Part shown: positions 1 through 8,695 of the stretch, piece after piece
How the letters are laid out: the number at the start of each line of letters is the position of its first letter
How positions within the stretch are numbered: position 1 is the stretch's first letter
Origin: a virus
Taxonomy: Duplodnaviria; Caudoviricetes
Reading direction: 5' to 3' (one strand)
DNA length: 64,000 nt
IMG/VR virus record: IMGVR_UViG_3300013426_000022
Span: 51,084-115,083 of that record
The notes under the pieces: model-generated
Database searches by the model: none
What the model saw: the letters and a program-made list of their open reading frames with translations, nothing else
What the model was told of the DNA's origin: nothing
Translations under genes and position numbers: made by a program

Positions 1-270
1 TATACTATCACCATTTACAAAACCATCAACATTCATAGCAGTTATAGATATGAATGTACAATCAAGATAATTACTTTGAGGAACAGCTAAAGTTAATAAT
101 TCCCATTCCATAAAACATTTATATTTATATTTCCATATATCATCAATTAAATATTCTGAACCAAATACTAATTGGTGGTCATTAAGTTTTCCTTTTTGTT
201 CTTTTCTTATCCATAATCTACAACAAGTATTTCGTTCTACAAATTTAGTAACGAATTCTCGTAATGTCAT
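1..270 (-). CDS. Hypothetical protein, partial (runs off window start); paralog of 291-731
   Basis: Manual translation MTLREFVTKFVERNTCCRLW...KCFMEWELL...QSNYLD matches MKLKDFLKEFVESNTTIKLW...RCMVHEIL...QSKYLD; AGGAGG RBS upstream. Confidence 0.75.
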   Translation of the reverse strand, partial: MTLREFVTKFVERNTCCRLWIRKEQKGKLNDHQLVFGSEYLIDDIWKYKYKCFMEWELLTLAVPQSNYLDCTFISITAMNVDGFVNGDSI

Positions 271-290
271 TATAAAACCCTCCTATTTAA

Positions 291-731
291 TTATATTTTT
301 AAAACTATATTAACCGAATAATCATATGTTTCAGCAGGAACTATATCAGTAACTCCTGCAACTTCAACATCTAGATATTTACTTTGCCATACCTTTTCAT
401 TTAGTATTTCATGAACCATACATCTAAAATTACAATCTGTGACTGTTCCTAAATATGTTGCATCTATAAATTCTTCACCATCAAATACATATATTTTAGA
501 TTCACCACCATCTTCTTTTTCAATCATATAGGCATCATGTTTCTTTATATTAGATAAAACAGTCACTGTTTTTAAATCATCTATATTTTTAGCAGATTTA
601 TCTAATATTATTTCTATATTACTAGCAAATTTTATTTGTTGTATTAATTGGTGTCCTCCTGGTATTTCTCTCCAAAGTTTTATTGTTGTGTTTGATTCTA
701 CAAATTCTTTTAAAAAATCTTTTAGTTTCAT
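291..731 (-). CDS. Hypothetical phage protein
   Basis: 146-aa ORF with GGAGG RBS, in a tightly packed operon. Confidence 0.75.
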   Translation of the reverse strand: MKLKDFLKEFVESNTTIKLWREIPGGHQLIQQIKFASNIEIILDKSAKNIDDLKTVTVLSNIKKHDAYMIEKEDGGESKIYVFDGEEFIDATYLGTVTDCNFRCMVHEILNEKVWQSKYLDVEVAGVTDIVPAETYDYSVNIVLKI

Positions 732-934
732 ATGTTTATTTCCTCCCTGTAATTAAATTCATTTACTCTATCACAGTCTCTATCAAGATATTGGTGATAG
801 AATATTTTTCCACAATGTTTACATTGTTTTATACTCCTACAATCATAGAGATTTATAGGATCACCATACACATTTGTTATGGTATATAAATCTTTATGAT
901 TGCAAGTTAATCTCTTCCATATTTTTTTAAACAT
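728..934 (-). CDS. Small Cys/His-rich (zinc-ribbon-like) phage protein
   Basis: CxH...CxxCGK pattern; overlaps both neighbours. Confidence 0.65.
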   Translation of the reverse strand: MFKKIWKRLTCNHKDLYTITNVYGDPINLYDCRSIKQCKHCGKIFYHQYLDRDCDRVNEFNYREEINI

Positions 935-1346
935 TTATTCGACCTTTTTCATTTAAAAATTTTGCTACATTATCTAATGAATTAAAAAAATGTCCTCCGT
1001 TATTTTCTATCATGGTTCCTACTCTACGTAAAGATCTCATTTGACCTTCATCAAAAGAAACCATTGTGTTATCTAATGTTACATCTTTATATAATATACA
1101 AAATAAAGTTTTTTCAGGTTTTTTATTACTATCATCTACTACTTCGGCTATACTATAAACTCCTGTCATTAAAGGTGTTATAACATACAAACAATAATCA
1201 CAAAGTACACGTTCTTTTAATTCTCTTAAATAACATTCTTCGTTCCAGTCATCTACTACTGGATTAAAATAATCTATTTGTAACATATCAATTAATCTTT
1301 CTCTCCAAGCAGATTCATTGCATGTTCCTCCAAGAAATACTTTCAT
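927..1346 (-). CDS. Nucleoside 2-deoxyribosyltransferase-like protein
   Basis: MKVFLGGTC...WR...YFNP.V.DW...E...CD...YVITP...GVYSIAE signature. Confidence 0.75.
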   Translation of the reverse strand: MKVFLGGTCNESAWRERLIDMLQIDYFNPVVDDWNEECYLRELKERVLCDYCLYVITPLMTGVYSIAEVVDDSNKKPEKTLFCILYKDVTLDNTMVSFDEGQMRSLRRVGTMIENNGGHFFNSLDNVAKFLNEKGRINV

Positions 1347-1763
1347 TTATTCGTCCTCCTTATTTAAATAATTTAACAATTCTTTTATTTCTTCATCACT
1401 TTCAAATATTATTTCATCATTAGGTTCTTTTCTACATAAAAAACAGCTAATTGTTATTTTATCAAAAAAACATCCTCTTATAGATGTTCCCCAATTTAAA
1501 GTATCTATTATCAAATTTACTATTGTAATAAATTTAATATAATTATCTTCATTTTTTATATATTCAAAATTTTTTCTTGTTAATATAACATCCATTATTT
1601 CTAATATAGCTTTAACAAATTTTTCATCTAATGCTGAATCATATGTTGTTATATGAAATATATGATTCAAAATATAACTATTTTTAGCTTCTTTAAATGT
1701 TTCATGATTCATCAATTCAACATATTCTTGAAGATCTAATTTAAGTTTATCTATTTTTTCCAT
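1347..1763 (-). CDS. Hypothetical phage protein
   Basis: 138-aa ORF with a WGTSIRGCFF motif of a type common in phages. Confidence 0.7.
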   Translation of the reverse strand: MEKIDKLKLDLQEYVELMNHETFKEAKNSYILNHIFHITTYDSALDEKFVKAILEIMDVILTRKNFEYIKNEDNYIKFITIVNLIIDTLNWGTSIRGCFFDKITISCFLCRKEPNDEIIFESDEEIKELLNYLNKEDE

Positions 1764-1765
1764 TT

Positions 1766-2014
1766 TTATTCCCTTTCATTAAATAATTTAAACCATATCC
1801 AAGATAAAAATCTTATATATAATTTTAATTTAGCACGATCCATTTTGATAATTATTTCTTCTATATCATTAGATACGTGTATTTTTCTATCTTTTATGGT
1901 AGTTATAACAGAACCAGAATCTTCTCGTATTATTTCTTTTATATTATCAGGATCAATTAATAATATTCTTGTGTAATCTTTATATCCTATTTTTTTAGAT
2001 AATTTAACAAACAT
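1766..2014 (-). CDS. FlbD/SwrD-like small protein (probable start MFVKL)
   Basis: MFVKL...LIDPDNIKEI...SVITT..D.KIHV...IEEI resembles the FlbD fold pattern; GAGGAG RBS. Confidence 0.5.
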   Translation of the reverse strand: MFVKLSKKIGYKDYTRILLIDPDNIKEIIREDSGSVITTIKDRKIHVSNDIEEIIIKMDRAKLKLYIRFLSWIWFKLFNERE

Positions 2015-2015
2015 A

Positions 2016-2447
2016 TTAATTCTCCTCAAGCAATATATTTTTTTCTGTTATAACATTTTGTATTTTTATAAAAAATTTAAAAATCCATATATTATTAGTT
2101 GGACTTATTTTTTCATTTGGTTTTTCTATATATTCAACAGATATAGGTTTTAATTCTATTTCTTGTATAGAATGTTTATGCATCATATTTTTTATTTCTT
2201 CTAAATCTATATCTTTATCTATTTCTTTTATTTTTTCGTTTATAAAATCCATGAATTTTTTTCTTATAGCTTCACCATCTTTAACACATTTATCATTCTC
2301 GTCACGACCAAGATATCCATAAAATTCATCGTCTTTAAAGACACCATCGGTTACATTTCTAATATAACCTCCATTAAAATTATCATGGAAATAATTTCCA
2401 AAATTCATTAAATATCTAACATTAGTGTCTGAATATTTAATTATCAC
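2016..2447 (-). CDS. Hypothetical protein
   Basis: 143-aa ORF in operon, GTG start with AGGAG RBS. Confidence 0.65.
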   Translation of the reverse strand: MIIKYSDTNVRYLMNFGNYFHDNFNGGYIRNVTDGVFKDDEFYGYLGRDENDKCVKDGEAIRKKFMDFINEKIKEIDKDIDLEEIKNMMHKHSIQEIELKPISVEYIEKPNEKISPTNNIWIFKFFIKIQNVITEKNILLEEN

Positions 2448-2449
2448 GA

Positions 2450-2809
2450 TTATTCACTCTCCTTTATTTTTGATAATAAAGATTCTGCTGTTTCTGTGAA
2501 ACCTGTTCTTGGATGGATCATTTTTTCTATATCATATTTTAACATCATTTCTAACATTTCCTCTTCTGTGCTAATTTCAATATCAGCAGCATATAATTTA
2601 GCTCCACAATAAGGACAATAATTAATTGCTCCAACATAAGAAGTATTTAAAGTCCAAAGATCATTATCTGTATTTTTAACAAAATTTTCAATTTGTAAAC
2701 TATTACCTGCAACTAAATCAACTGACATTTTTCTAATCATATTGTCAAACATACTGTTTACTATAGTAAACCAATTATTCTTTTTATTACTTTCACATTT
2801 TTCACACAT
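2450..2809 (-). CDS. Zinc-binding hypothetical protein
   Basis: MCEKC...INYCPYCGAKL motif. Confidence 0.7.
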   Translation of the reverse strand: MCEKCESNKKNNWFTIVNSMFDNMIRKMSVDLVAGNSLQIENFVKNTDNDLWTLNTSYVGAINYCPYCGAKLYAADIEISTEEEMLEMMLKYDIEKMIHPRTGFTETAESLLSKIKESE

Positions 2810-2824
2810 ACTCTTTTCTCCTCT

Positions 2825-3199
2825 CTATTTTTCATATTTACCTAAAACATTTCTTTTTGCTCTATCTTTTGTTCTATTATTTAATGCTTCTAAAGCTTTT
2901 TCTACATAATTTAATGCTTCAGCATTTTCATCACAATTATATGGACCTTGTTGATATGAAAATAAAACATCTTTTGCTATTTCTAATATATCAACTAACA
3001 ATACTCCATGAATGGAATCTTTTCCATCTCTAGGTCCTTTTTGAAATTGTATTTCACCTACAACTGCATTTAAATCATATGTCTTTCTTCCTTTTTTTAC
3101 TATTAAATATTGGTGATTTGCTTTATCTTCACTAACAACGTCTGTTGCATATATGTCATTTAATTTGTTTTCTTTTTGAACAGTTTCTATTTTTCTCAT
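2825..3199 (-). CDS. tad1: Tad1-like anti-defence nucleotide sponge (Thoeris anti-defence 1 family)
   Basis: TVQKENKLN...HQY...IQFQKGPR...HGV...DILEI..D....YQQGPY...ENAEAL...EKAL...N.R..DR..RNVLG follows the Tad1 pattern end to end; ATG 3199 has an AGGAGG RBS. Confidence 0.8.
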   Translation of the reverse strand: MRKIETVQKENKLNDIYATDVVSEDKANHQYLIVKKGRKTYDLNAVVGEIQFQKGPRDGKDSIHGVLLVDILEIAKDVLFSYQQGPYNCDENAEALNYVEKALEALNNRTKDRAKRNVLGKYEK

Positions 3200-3268
3200 A
3201 GTTTTATACCTCCTAAAAGCATAACCATATAAATTATTAAACATATTATAGCTGCAAATTCCATAATA

Positions 3269-3592
3269 CTAATCCTCCTTATATTGATAACCAAATTCTT
3301 CTAATATTTTTTTATATATTTCAGTTGGAACTGAGAAATTTCTAAGGAATATTGGTTCAACATTATGTTCTCTAAATATATTTTCTCGTTTAATATTAAC
3401 TAAATTAGAATCAATATCTATTTGATTGTATGCTACATCAATATATTGATTTTGACCAACACACCATGTTTCAGTAAACATATTATTTTTATTTTCATTA
3501 TAATAATGATACATTTCAGGTGCTAAAAAATTTAAAACATTTTCATCTACTGGTCTTAGTTCATTTGTTCTTTTATCAATAAAATAATTCAT
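3269..3592 (-). CDS. Hypothetical protein, first gene of the leftward operon
   Basis: GGAGG RBS; AACAA-N5-TA promoter at 3624-3635. Confidence 0.7.
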   Translation of the reverse strand: MNYFIDKRTNELRPVDENVLNFLAPEMYHYYNENKNNMFTETWCVGQNQYIDVAYNQIDIDSNLVNIKRENIFREHNVEPIFLRNFSVPTEIYKKILEEFGYQYKED

Positions 3593-3650
3593 TTATAATT
3601 ACCTCCAATATTATTATTTCATTTACAATTTTGTTAGGTTTCGTATAAAA

Positions 3651-3688
3651 AAAAATAAAGAGAGAATATTAATTCTCTCTTTATTTTT
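3651..3688. terminator. Intrinsic (likely bidirectional) terminator
   Basis: Perfect inverted repeat aaaaataaagagagaat/attctctctttattttt with A/T tails. Confidence 0.8.
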
Positions 3689-3694
3689 TATTAA

Positions 3695-3865
3695 TTAGAA
3701 TTCACCACGTTGGATATCTAGTATATCCAATTCCATCTCTGTTGTATCAATTCCTAATAATTTATTAAGTTCTATTATATCTTCCATATTGACAACGTCC
3801 ATTGCTAGTTGTTCAATTTTTAAATCTTCCATTTCTATTAATTCCATTTCATAATTTTTCTTCAT
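3695..3865 (-). CDS. 56-aa acidic early protein (absent from ORF track)
   Basis: MKKNYEMELIEMEDLKIEQLAMDVVNMEDIIELNKLLGIDTTEMELDILDIQRGEF; GGAGG RBS; lies between promoter cassette and terminator. Confidence 0.75.
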   Translation of the reverse strand: MKKNYEMELIEMEDLKIEQLAMDVVNMEDIIELNKLLGIDTTEMELDILDIQRGEF

Positions 3866-3894
3866 AATATTACCTCCAAATAATTATAATTTAT

Positions 3895-3964
3895 TGAATA
3901 ATCTATAAACCATTTTATATATTATTCACAGTTATAATATAGTATTGAAATTTCACGAATTACA
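3895..3964 (-). promoter_or_regulatory. Repeated early-promoter plus 5' hairpin cassette, copy 1
   Basis: ~60-bp near-identical element also at 15671-15740 and 19871-19938; TATATTAT core at 3934-3941. Confidence 0.75.
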
Positions 3965-4016
3965 CCAGGAACATATAAAAAAATAAATAGAGGTAGCAAA
4001 GCTACCTCTATTTATC

Positions 4017-4310
4017 TTAGAATATTAAAATTATTAATATAGATATGATTATACAACTTATTCCTACACCTATTAATAATTTGCACATGTTTTTATAATA
4101 TGTTATTTTTTCTATATAATCCCATTTTTCTTTAAATTGTTTTATATTCATTTTCATCAACATATTTACTTGATCCATTGGTATGTGTGAACCATCTTCT
4201 AATACTAAGTGTGGTAATGTTCTTTGTTGACAACATAATACTGAATATTCCATATCTCTTCTAACTCTATCTTCTTCACTTAATCTTCTTAATCTTTTTA
4301 ATTTAAACAT
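4017..4310 (-). CDS. Membrane-anchored hypothetical protein
   Basis: Hydrophobic C-terminus LLIGVGISCIIISILIILIF. Confidence 0.65.
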   Translation of the reverse strand: MFKLKRLRRLSEEDRVRRDMEYSVLCCQQRTLPHLVLEDGSHIPMDQVNMLMKMNIKQFKEKWDYIEKITYYKNMCKLLIGVGISCIIISILIILIF

Positions 4311-5088
4311 ATAACTCCTCCTTATAATCTTTTAATATTTTTATAACAGTGTCAATACTGTTTTTATATAAATCTAATTTAGTTATAACGTGTTCAACTG
4401 CAAGTCTAACTTCATGATCTTGTTCTATTAATACAAAATTATGACTGTATAATTTAAAAGTATAGAACCCAAAACTATATTCTAAATTAAAACCAAAATC
4501 TAGTTTATTATTAAAAACATCATAATCATTTATGGCTATTCTTTTTATAAGTTCATCGTTTCTTTGCTCTATTTTATCATAAAAATCTGCTATATCTTCT
4601 AAATGTGATCTTGTTTCTGTAATTTGTTGTTTTCTTTTATTCAGTTCATCTAATAATAACTTATTATTGTCTTCTCTAAAGAAATCACCTTTATTAGAAT
4701 CGAAATTGTCGGATGCTACTCTCACGTTTAATGTTGGTAAACCATATCCTATAGAATTTTTAATATATATATTTCCAATAAATGTTGAATATATATCATT
4801 TTTAATATATTCTGGTTTATTATTAACTATTAAAGTTATTTCATCTATTATGTCATCGGATGATGTTGATCCGTATATAGCATCCATGAAAAATTGTGTT
4901 CGCTGTTGTCGTAAAGACATTTCATCTTTTGCAGGACCAAATATAGAATGCATCATATCATCAGTACTCAATGCACCATCTGGAGCATTTATATCTATTT
5001 TATTTTTATATTCTACGTTCATATCAAAACTTTTTAACTCTCCATTAGCTTTAAGTTCATCTATAATGTTTTTTATTTTATATAACAT
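4303..5088 (-). CDS. Hypothetical protein, tandem paralog family member (start MLYKIK)
   Basis: GGAGG RBS before ATG 5088; C-terminal KLDLYKNSIDTVIKIL motif shared with 5354 and 5982. Confidence 0.7.
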   Translation of the reverse strand: MLYKIKNIIDELKANGELKSFDMNVEYKNKIDINAPDGALSTDDMMHSIFGPAKDEMSLRQQRTQFFMDAIYGSTSSDDIIDEITLIVNNKPEYIKNDIYSTFIGNIYIKNSIGYGLPTLNVRVASDNFDSNKGDFFREDNNKLLLDELNKRKQQITETRSHLEDIADFYDKIEQRNDELIKRIAINDYDVFNNKLDFGFNLEYSFGFYTFKLYSHNFVLIEQDHEVRLAVEHVITKLDLYKNSIDTVIKILKDYKEELYV

Positions 5089-5089
5089 A

Positions 5090-5296
5090 TTATTTACCCT
5101 CCACTTGTTTTTTATAATACAACATAAGTTTCTTAGCTTCAGTACATCCATGTTTTTCAACATCTTTTTCTAATTTATCTATGTCTATTGTTGAATAACA
5201 AGATTTATCTACATCTGGAAATTTTATTTCAGTATTTCTAATTTCTTCACATAAACTATCATTTAATTTTATAAACTTTTTCATCCATTCTTCCAT
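5090..5296 (-). CDS. Small hypothetical protein (start MEEWMK)
   Basis: AGGAGG RBS before ATG 5296. Confidence 0.6.
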   Translation of the reverse strand: MEEWMKKFIKLNDSLCEEIRNTEIKFPDVDKSCYSTIDIDKLEKDVEKHGCTEAKKLMLYYKKQVEGK

Positions 5297-5353
5297 TTCA
5301 CAAACCTCCTTAAAATATTTGGAGGAACATAGAAGTTCCTCCAAATAATAACT

Positions 5354-5950
5354 TTATTTACATAATCTGTTAATTATTTCTATTGTTATATCTATACTTC
5401 TATTAAATGTTTCTATATGTTGTATAGCTTCATCCATAGCTATTGGTAAGTTAGTTTTAGTCCCAACAAACCAAAATGATATATTGTTTATCATAAAGCT
5501 ATATTCTTCGCCGTCAAAATCGATTGTAAAATCTGTTCTAGTTTCTTTATCTAAAACTGATATTTCATCATTTCTAAATAGATTTTTTAAAAATGAATTT
5601 TTATTTAAAACTTCATTTGCAAATTCTTTATATTCTTTAATCTTGTCAATTACAAGTTTAGCTTCATTTTGAAGTTCTCTTAATTTCGCGATATTGTCTA
5701 AATTAACTTCATATATTTCCATACCATTCATATCTGAAGTTATATAAACTGATGCTCCTGCATAATTTTCTAAATCCATAAAAATTAGTTTTCCTGGAAT
5801 GTTATCATATCTATATTTCTTAATACCATTTTCCATAGGTACTAGAAATAATTTATTCACTCTTTCACCAGATTCTAAATCTTCATAATAACCTTCAATT
5901 AAACCTTCTTGTCTCATACTTTCTATTATTTTACTTATTTTTTCTACCAT
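5354..5950 (-). CDS. Hypothetical protein, tandem paralog family member
   Basis: GGAGG RBS; C-terminal HIETFNRSIDITIEII. Confidence 0.7.
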   Translation of the reverse strand: MVEKISKIIESMRQEGLIEGYYEDLESGERVNKLFLVPMENGIKKYRYDNIPGKLIFMDLENYAGASVYITSDMNGMEIYEVNLDNIAKLRELQNEAKLVIDKIKEYKEFANEVLNKNSFLKNLFRNDEISVLDKETRTDFTIDFDGEEYSFMINNISFWFVGTKTNLPIAMDEAIQHIETFNRSIDITIEIINRLCK

Positions 5951-5981
5951 ATTATTTACCTCCAATTTAATTAAATATTCA

Positions 5982-6599
5982 TTATCTTAATTCTAATAAA
6001 CGAAGAGCAATGTCTATTGATTTAAGATATATTTCTAATTTATCTATCATGTCATTTATAGCTTTAGATAAATCAATATCTTTAACTATAAATTTACAAC
6101 TATCATGATTAACTAAAATTTCATATTTACCATATATAAATTCAATATTAATATCAACATCATATCTGCTATTATTTATAAAATAAATTTCATGATATGA
6201 ATGACAATATTTATTGTCGAATCCCATTATTTCTTGATATGTCATAGCTTTAAATTGCTTAAATTTATCTAAAATGTTTTTATATACTCTTTCAGTAGAA
6301 TTGATCATATCTATACTATTACATAATTTATATCCTGTATCACCGTCAAATCTAAAATTTATAGGTTCATCATATCTATACATAATTATTGTTATAGTGC
6401 CTAAAAGGTGATTGTTATTACGCCAATATTGACTTTCCCCTTCATCACCTCCAGGAATTAAAACTATTTTATCGCTACATGATGATAATGATAAATGTTT
6501 TATATAATTATCAACATTTATATTATTATAATTTATCAATGCTTTTTCTAATACATTTCCCCAGTTTTCCTTTTGTTTCTTTATATCCATCATAGTCAC
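5982..6599 (-). CDS. Hypothetical protein, tandem paralog family member
   Basis: GGAGG RBS; C-terminal KLEIYLKSIDIALRLL; early-promoter-like motif at 6654-6667. Confidence 0.7.
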   Translation of the reverse strand: MTMMDIKKQKENWGNVLEKALINYNNINVDNYIKHLSLSSCSDKIVLIPGGDEGESQYWRNNNHLLGTITIIMYRYDEPINFRFDGDTGYKLCNSIDMINSTERVYKNILDKFKQFKAMTYQEIMGFDNKYCHSYHEIYFINNSRYDVDINIEFIYGKYEILVNHDSCKFIVKDIDLSKAINDMIDKLEIYLKSIDIALRLLELR

Positions 6600-6669
6600 A
6601 TCCCTCCAATTTATTTATTTTAAATGAAATAATTATTTATTTCATTCAATTACATTATATATAATTGAT

Positions 6670-7419
6670 TTATTTATCTTTTTCACTTTCAGAAAACAAT
6701 GCACTATAATGTTTATCTTCTAATTTCATTATAGGTAACATTCCTAATTTAAATAATCGATCATGTGATATTTCAACTAAATTATGTTTTAATACTAATC
6801 CGTTATTTTTCATTTCAAAATTATATCCTAATTCTCCTATTATTATTTCAGTATATTCTATCATATCATTATCTAATAATATTTTTGCATAATCAACATC
6901 ATTTAATATATACGTAGTTGGTTTAATATCAAGAGATTCAACACATTCTTTAAAATCTCCATATACATACTCTATTTTATCACTTGTAAATGAACTAAAA
7001 TATGTTTCCATATCATATACTGGTTGATATATTTGTCTATCCGTATGAATATATATTTTTTTAACTATTTTTTGACCTATTAGATTAAATAATTTAGAAC
7101 CAAATGAAGTAAAAGGAGTATCAGTATATATACTATATAACTCTTTTTCAAATATTTCTAATAATCTATCACACTCTTCAAATTTATCTTCACTTGTAGC
7201 AATATATCTCAAAGGATTCTTATATAAACGTTCAATACATAATCTTTGTATGTTATCATGATTATGATTTACTAAATCATCTAATATTAAAACATCTCTT
7301 AATTCATCCCTATAATCTTTTATTAAAGTTTCTATTAATGTAACATATATTTGCTTTACTAAATCTTGATATGTTATAAATATATATTGGTCTCTTAAAG
7401 AGAAATAATTAGCATCCAT
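6670..7419 (-). CDS. Hypothetical jumbo-phage protein
   Basis: 249-aa ORF, AGGAGG RBS. Confidence 0.7.
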   Translation of the reverse strand: MDANYFSLRDQYIFITYQDLVKQIYVTLIETLIKDYRDELRDVLILDDLVNHNHDNIQRLCIERLYKNPLRYIATSEDKFEECDRLLEIFEKELYSIYTDTPFTSFGSKLFNLIGQKIVKKIYIHTDRQIYQPVYDMETYFSSFTSDKIEYVYGDFKECVESLDIKPTTYILNDVDYAKILLDNDMIEYTEIIIGELGYNFEMKNNGLVLKHNLVEISHDRLFKLGMLPIMKLEDKHYSALFSESEKDK

Positions 7420-7471
7420 TTTTTAACCTCCTTATAAAAAAATAATAGGGAGGAAAATCCTCCCTATTATT

Positions 7472-8242
7472 TTATAGTATATCTTGTAAATCACTCAATG
7501 ATGTTGTTTGTGTTACGTTATTTTCAGGTGGTTTTCCTGTAGGATTGAAACTATTAGTAAACATTGAATTATTGTTACCTGAATCTAATGCCCCTATTTT
7601 AAGTCCTGTTTTAAGTACATTAGAATATATATTATCCCTATAATATTTATTGAAATATTTATCTGCATGATTATCAGCAACTTGATTAATTCTTACAAAT
7701 TCTTTAAGCATTCCTTTAAAACATTCATATTCTGTTTGTACTTCACATACATTTTCGAATTTACCAGTAGTTGGATCAAAATCTTCTATCACTTGGTCAT
7801 CTTTTATAAAAGTGTAGGAATATCTTTGATTTGGTATTCTTGTATCAGGATTTAATTCTCGACATATGTGTAACACAACATGAAGTGACTCTTCTTTCAA
7901 TATAGTACTTACAACAACCATATTATTTGATGATGTTGTTATTCCTACAGATTTTTCTTTCTTATCATCTATAGCTTTATCTATAATTTTTTCTAATGAT
8001 TTTAACAATGCTTCAACTTTATCTACTTTTAAAGCTATAGATATTTTAGTTTCATAATCATATACTTGCTTTTCTGTAGGTGTTTTTAATTTAGGATGGA
8101 TAGTTAATGTTAGTTTATCATCCCAATATCTAATTTTAAGAGTTGATACTTCAAACCCTTTAGAATTTTTATATTGTGGTCCATCTGTATTAACAGAATC
8201 GTTCTTTTTATCTATATTACCATTATTATAATTTTCAAACAT
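7472..8242 (-). CDS. Hypothetical protein, possibly ssDNA-binding (beta-rich body, flexible acidic tail)
   Basis: 256 aa; own AACAA-N5-TA promoter (8266-8277) and terminator; low-complexity tail ending LSDLQDIL. Confidence 0.45.
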   Translation of the reverse strand: MFENYNNGNIDKKNDSVNTDGPQYKNSKGFEVSTLKIRYWDDKLTLTIHPKLKTPTEKQVYDYETKISIALKVDKVEALLKSLEKIIDKAIDDKKEKSVGITTSSNNMVVVSTILKEESLHVVLHICRELNPDTRIPNQRYSYTFIKDDQVIEDFDPTTGKFENVCEVQTEYECFKGMLKEFVRINQVADNHADKYFNKYYRDNIYSNVLKTGLKIGALDSGNNNSMFTNSFNPTGKPPENNVTQTTSLSDLQDIL

Positions 8243-8275
8243 AATTTTACCTCCTAATATTCTTTTATTATTTTG

Positions 8276-8635
8276 TTAGTCTTGTGATAATATATTATCT
8301 AAAGTTTCAATTATTTTTTCTGTAGAAAAAGATTCGTGATCAACAGAATAATCATTACCCAAAATAACATTATTACATGCTTGTAATAATTCTATTTCAT
8401 ATTTCAATCTAGCTATTGCTAAACTTTTTCCTGCCATAAAATATGTTTCTGAATAATTAAGAAAAGCAGAATACGTAGAATTAGATATATTATCTAATTT
8501 ATTTTGTAAGAAATCTAATTTCCTAATATTTTGACCTATAACTGCTGGTTTTAAAATACTTTCCATATTTTTATAACTTTCTATTTTTTCAGTATAAGTT
8601 TTCTTTAATGAATCAAAAGTTGTTAATTCAAACAT
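8276..8635 (-). CDS. Hypothetical protein
   Basis: 119-aa ORF with AGGAGG RBS. Confidence 0.65.
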   Translation of the reverse strand: MFELTTFDSLKKTYTEKIESYKNMESILKPAVIGQNIRKLDFLQNKLDNISNSTYSAFLNYSETYFMAGKSLAIARLKYEIELLQACNNVILGNDYSVDHESFSTEKIIETLDNILSQD

Positions 8636-8695
8636 TTATAATCCTCCTTTAAAAAAATAAGCTGGATAATATTTCATATCCAGCTATTTTACTAT

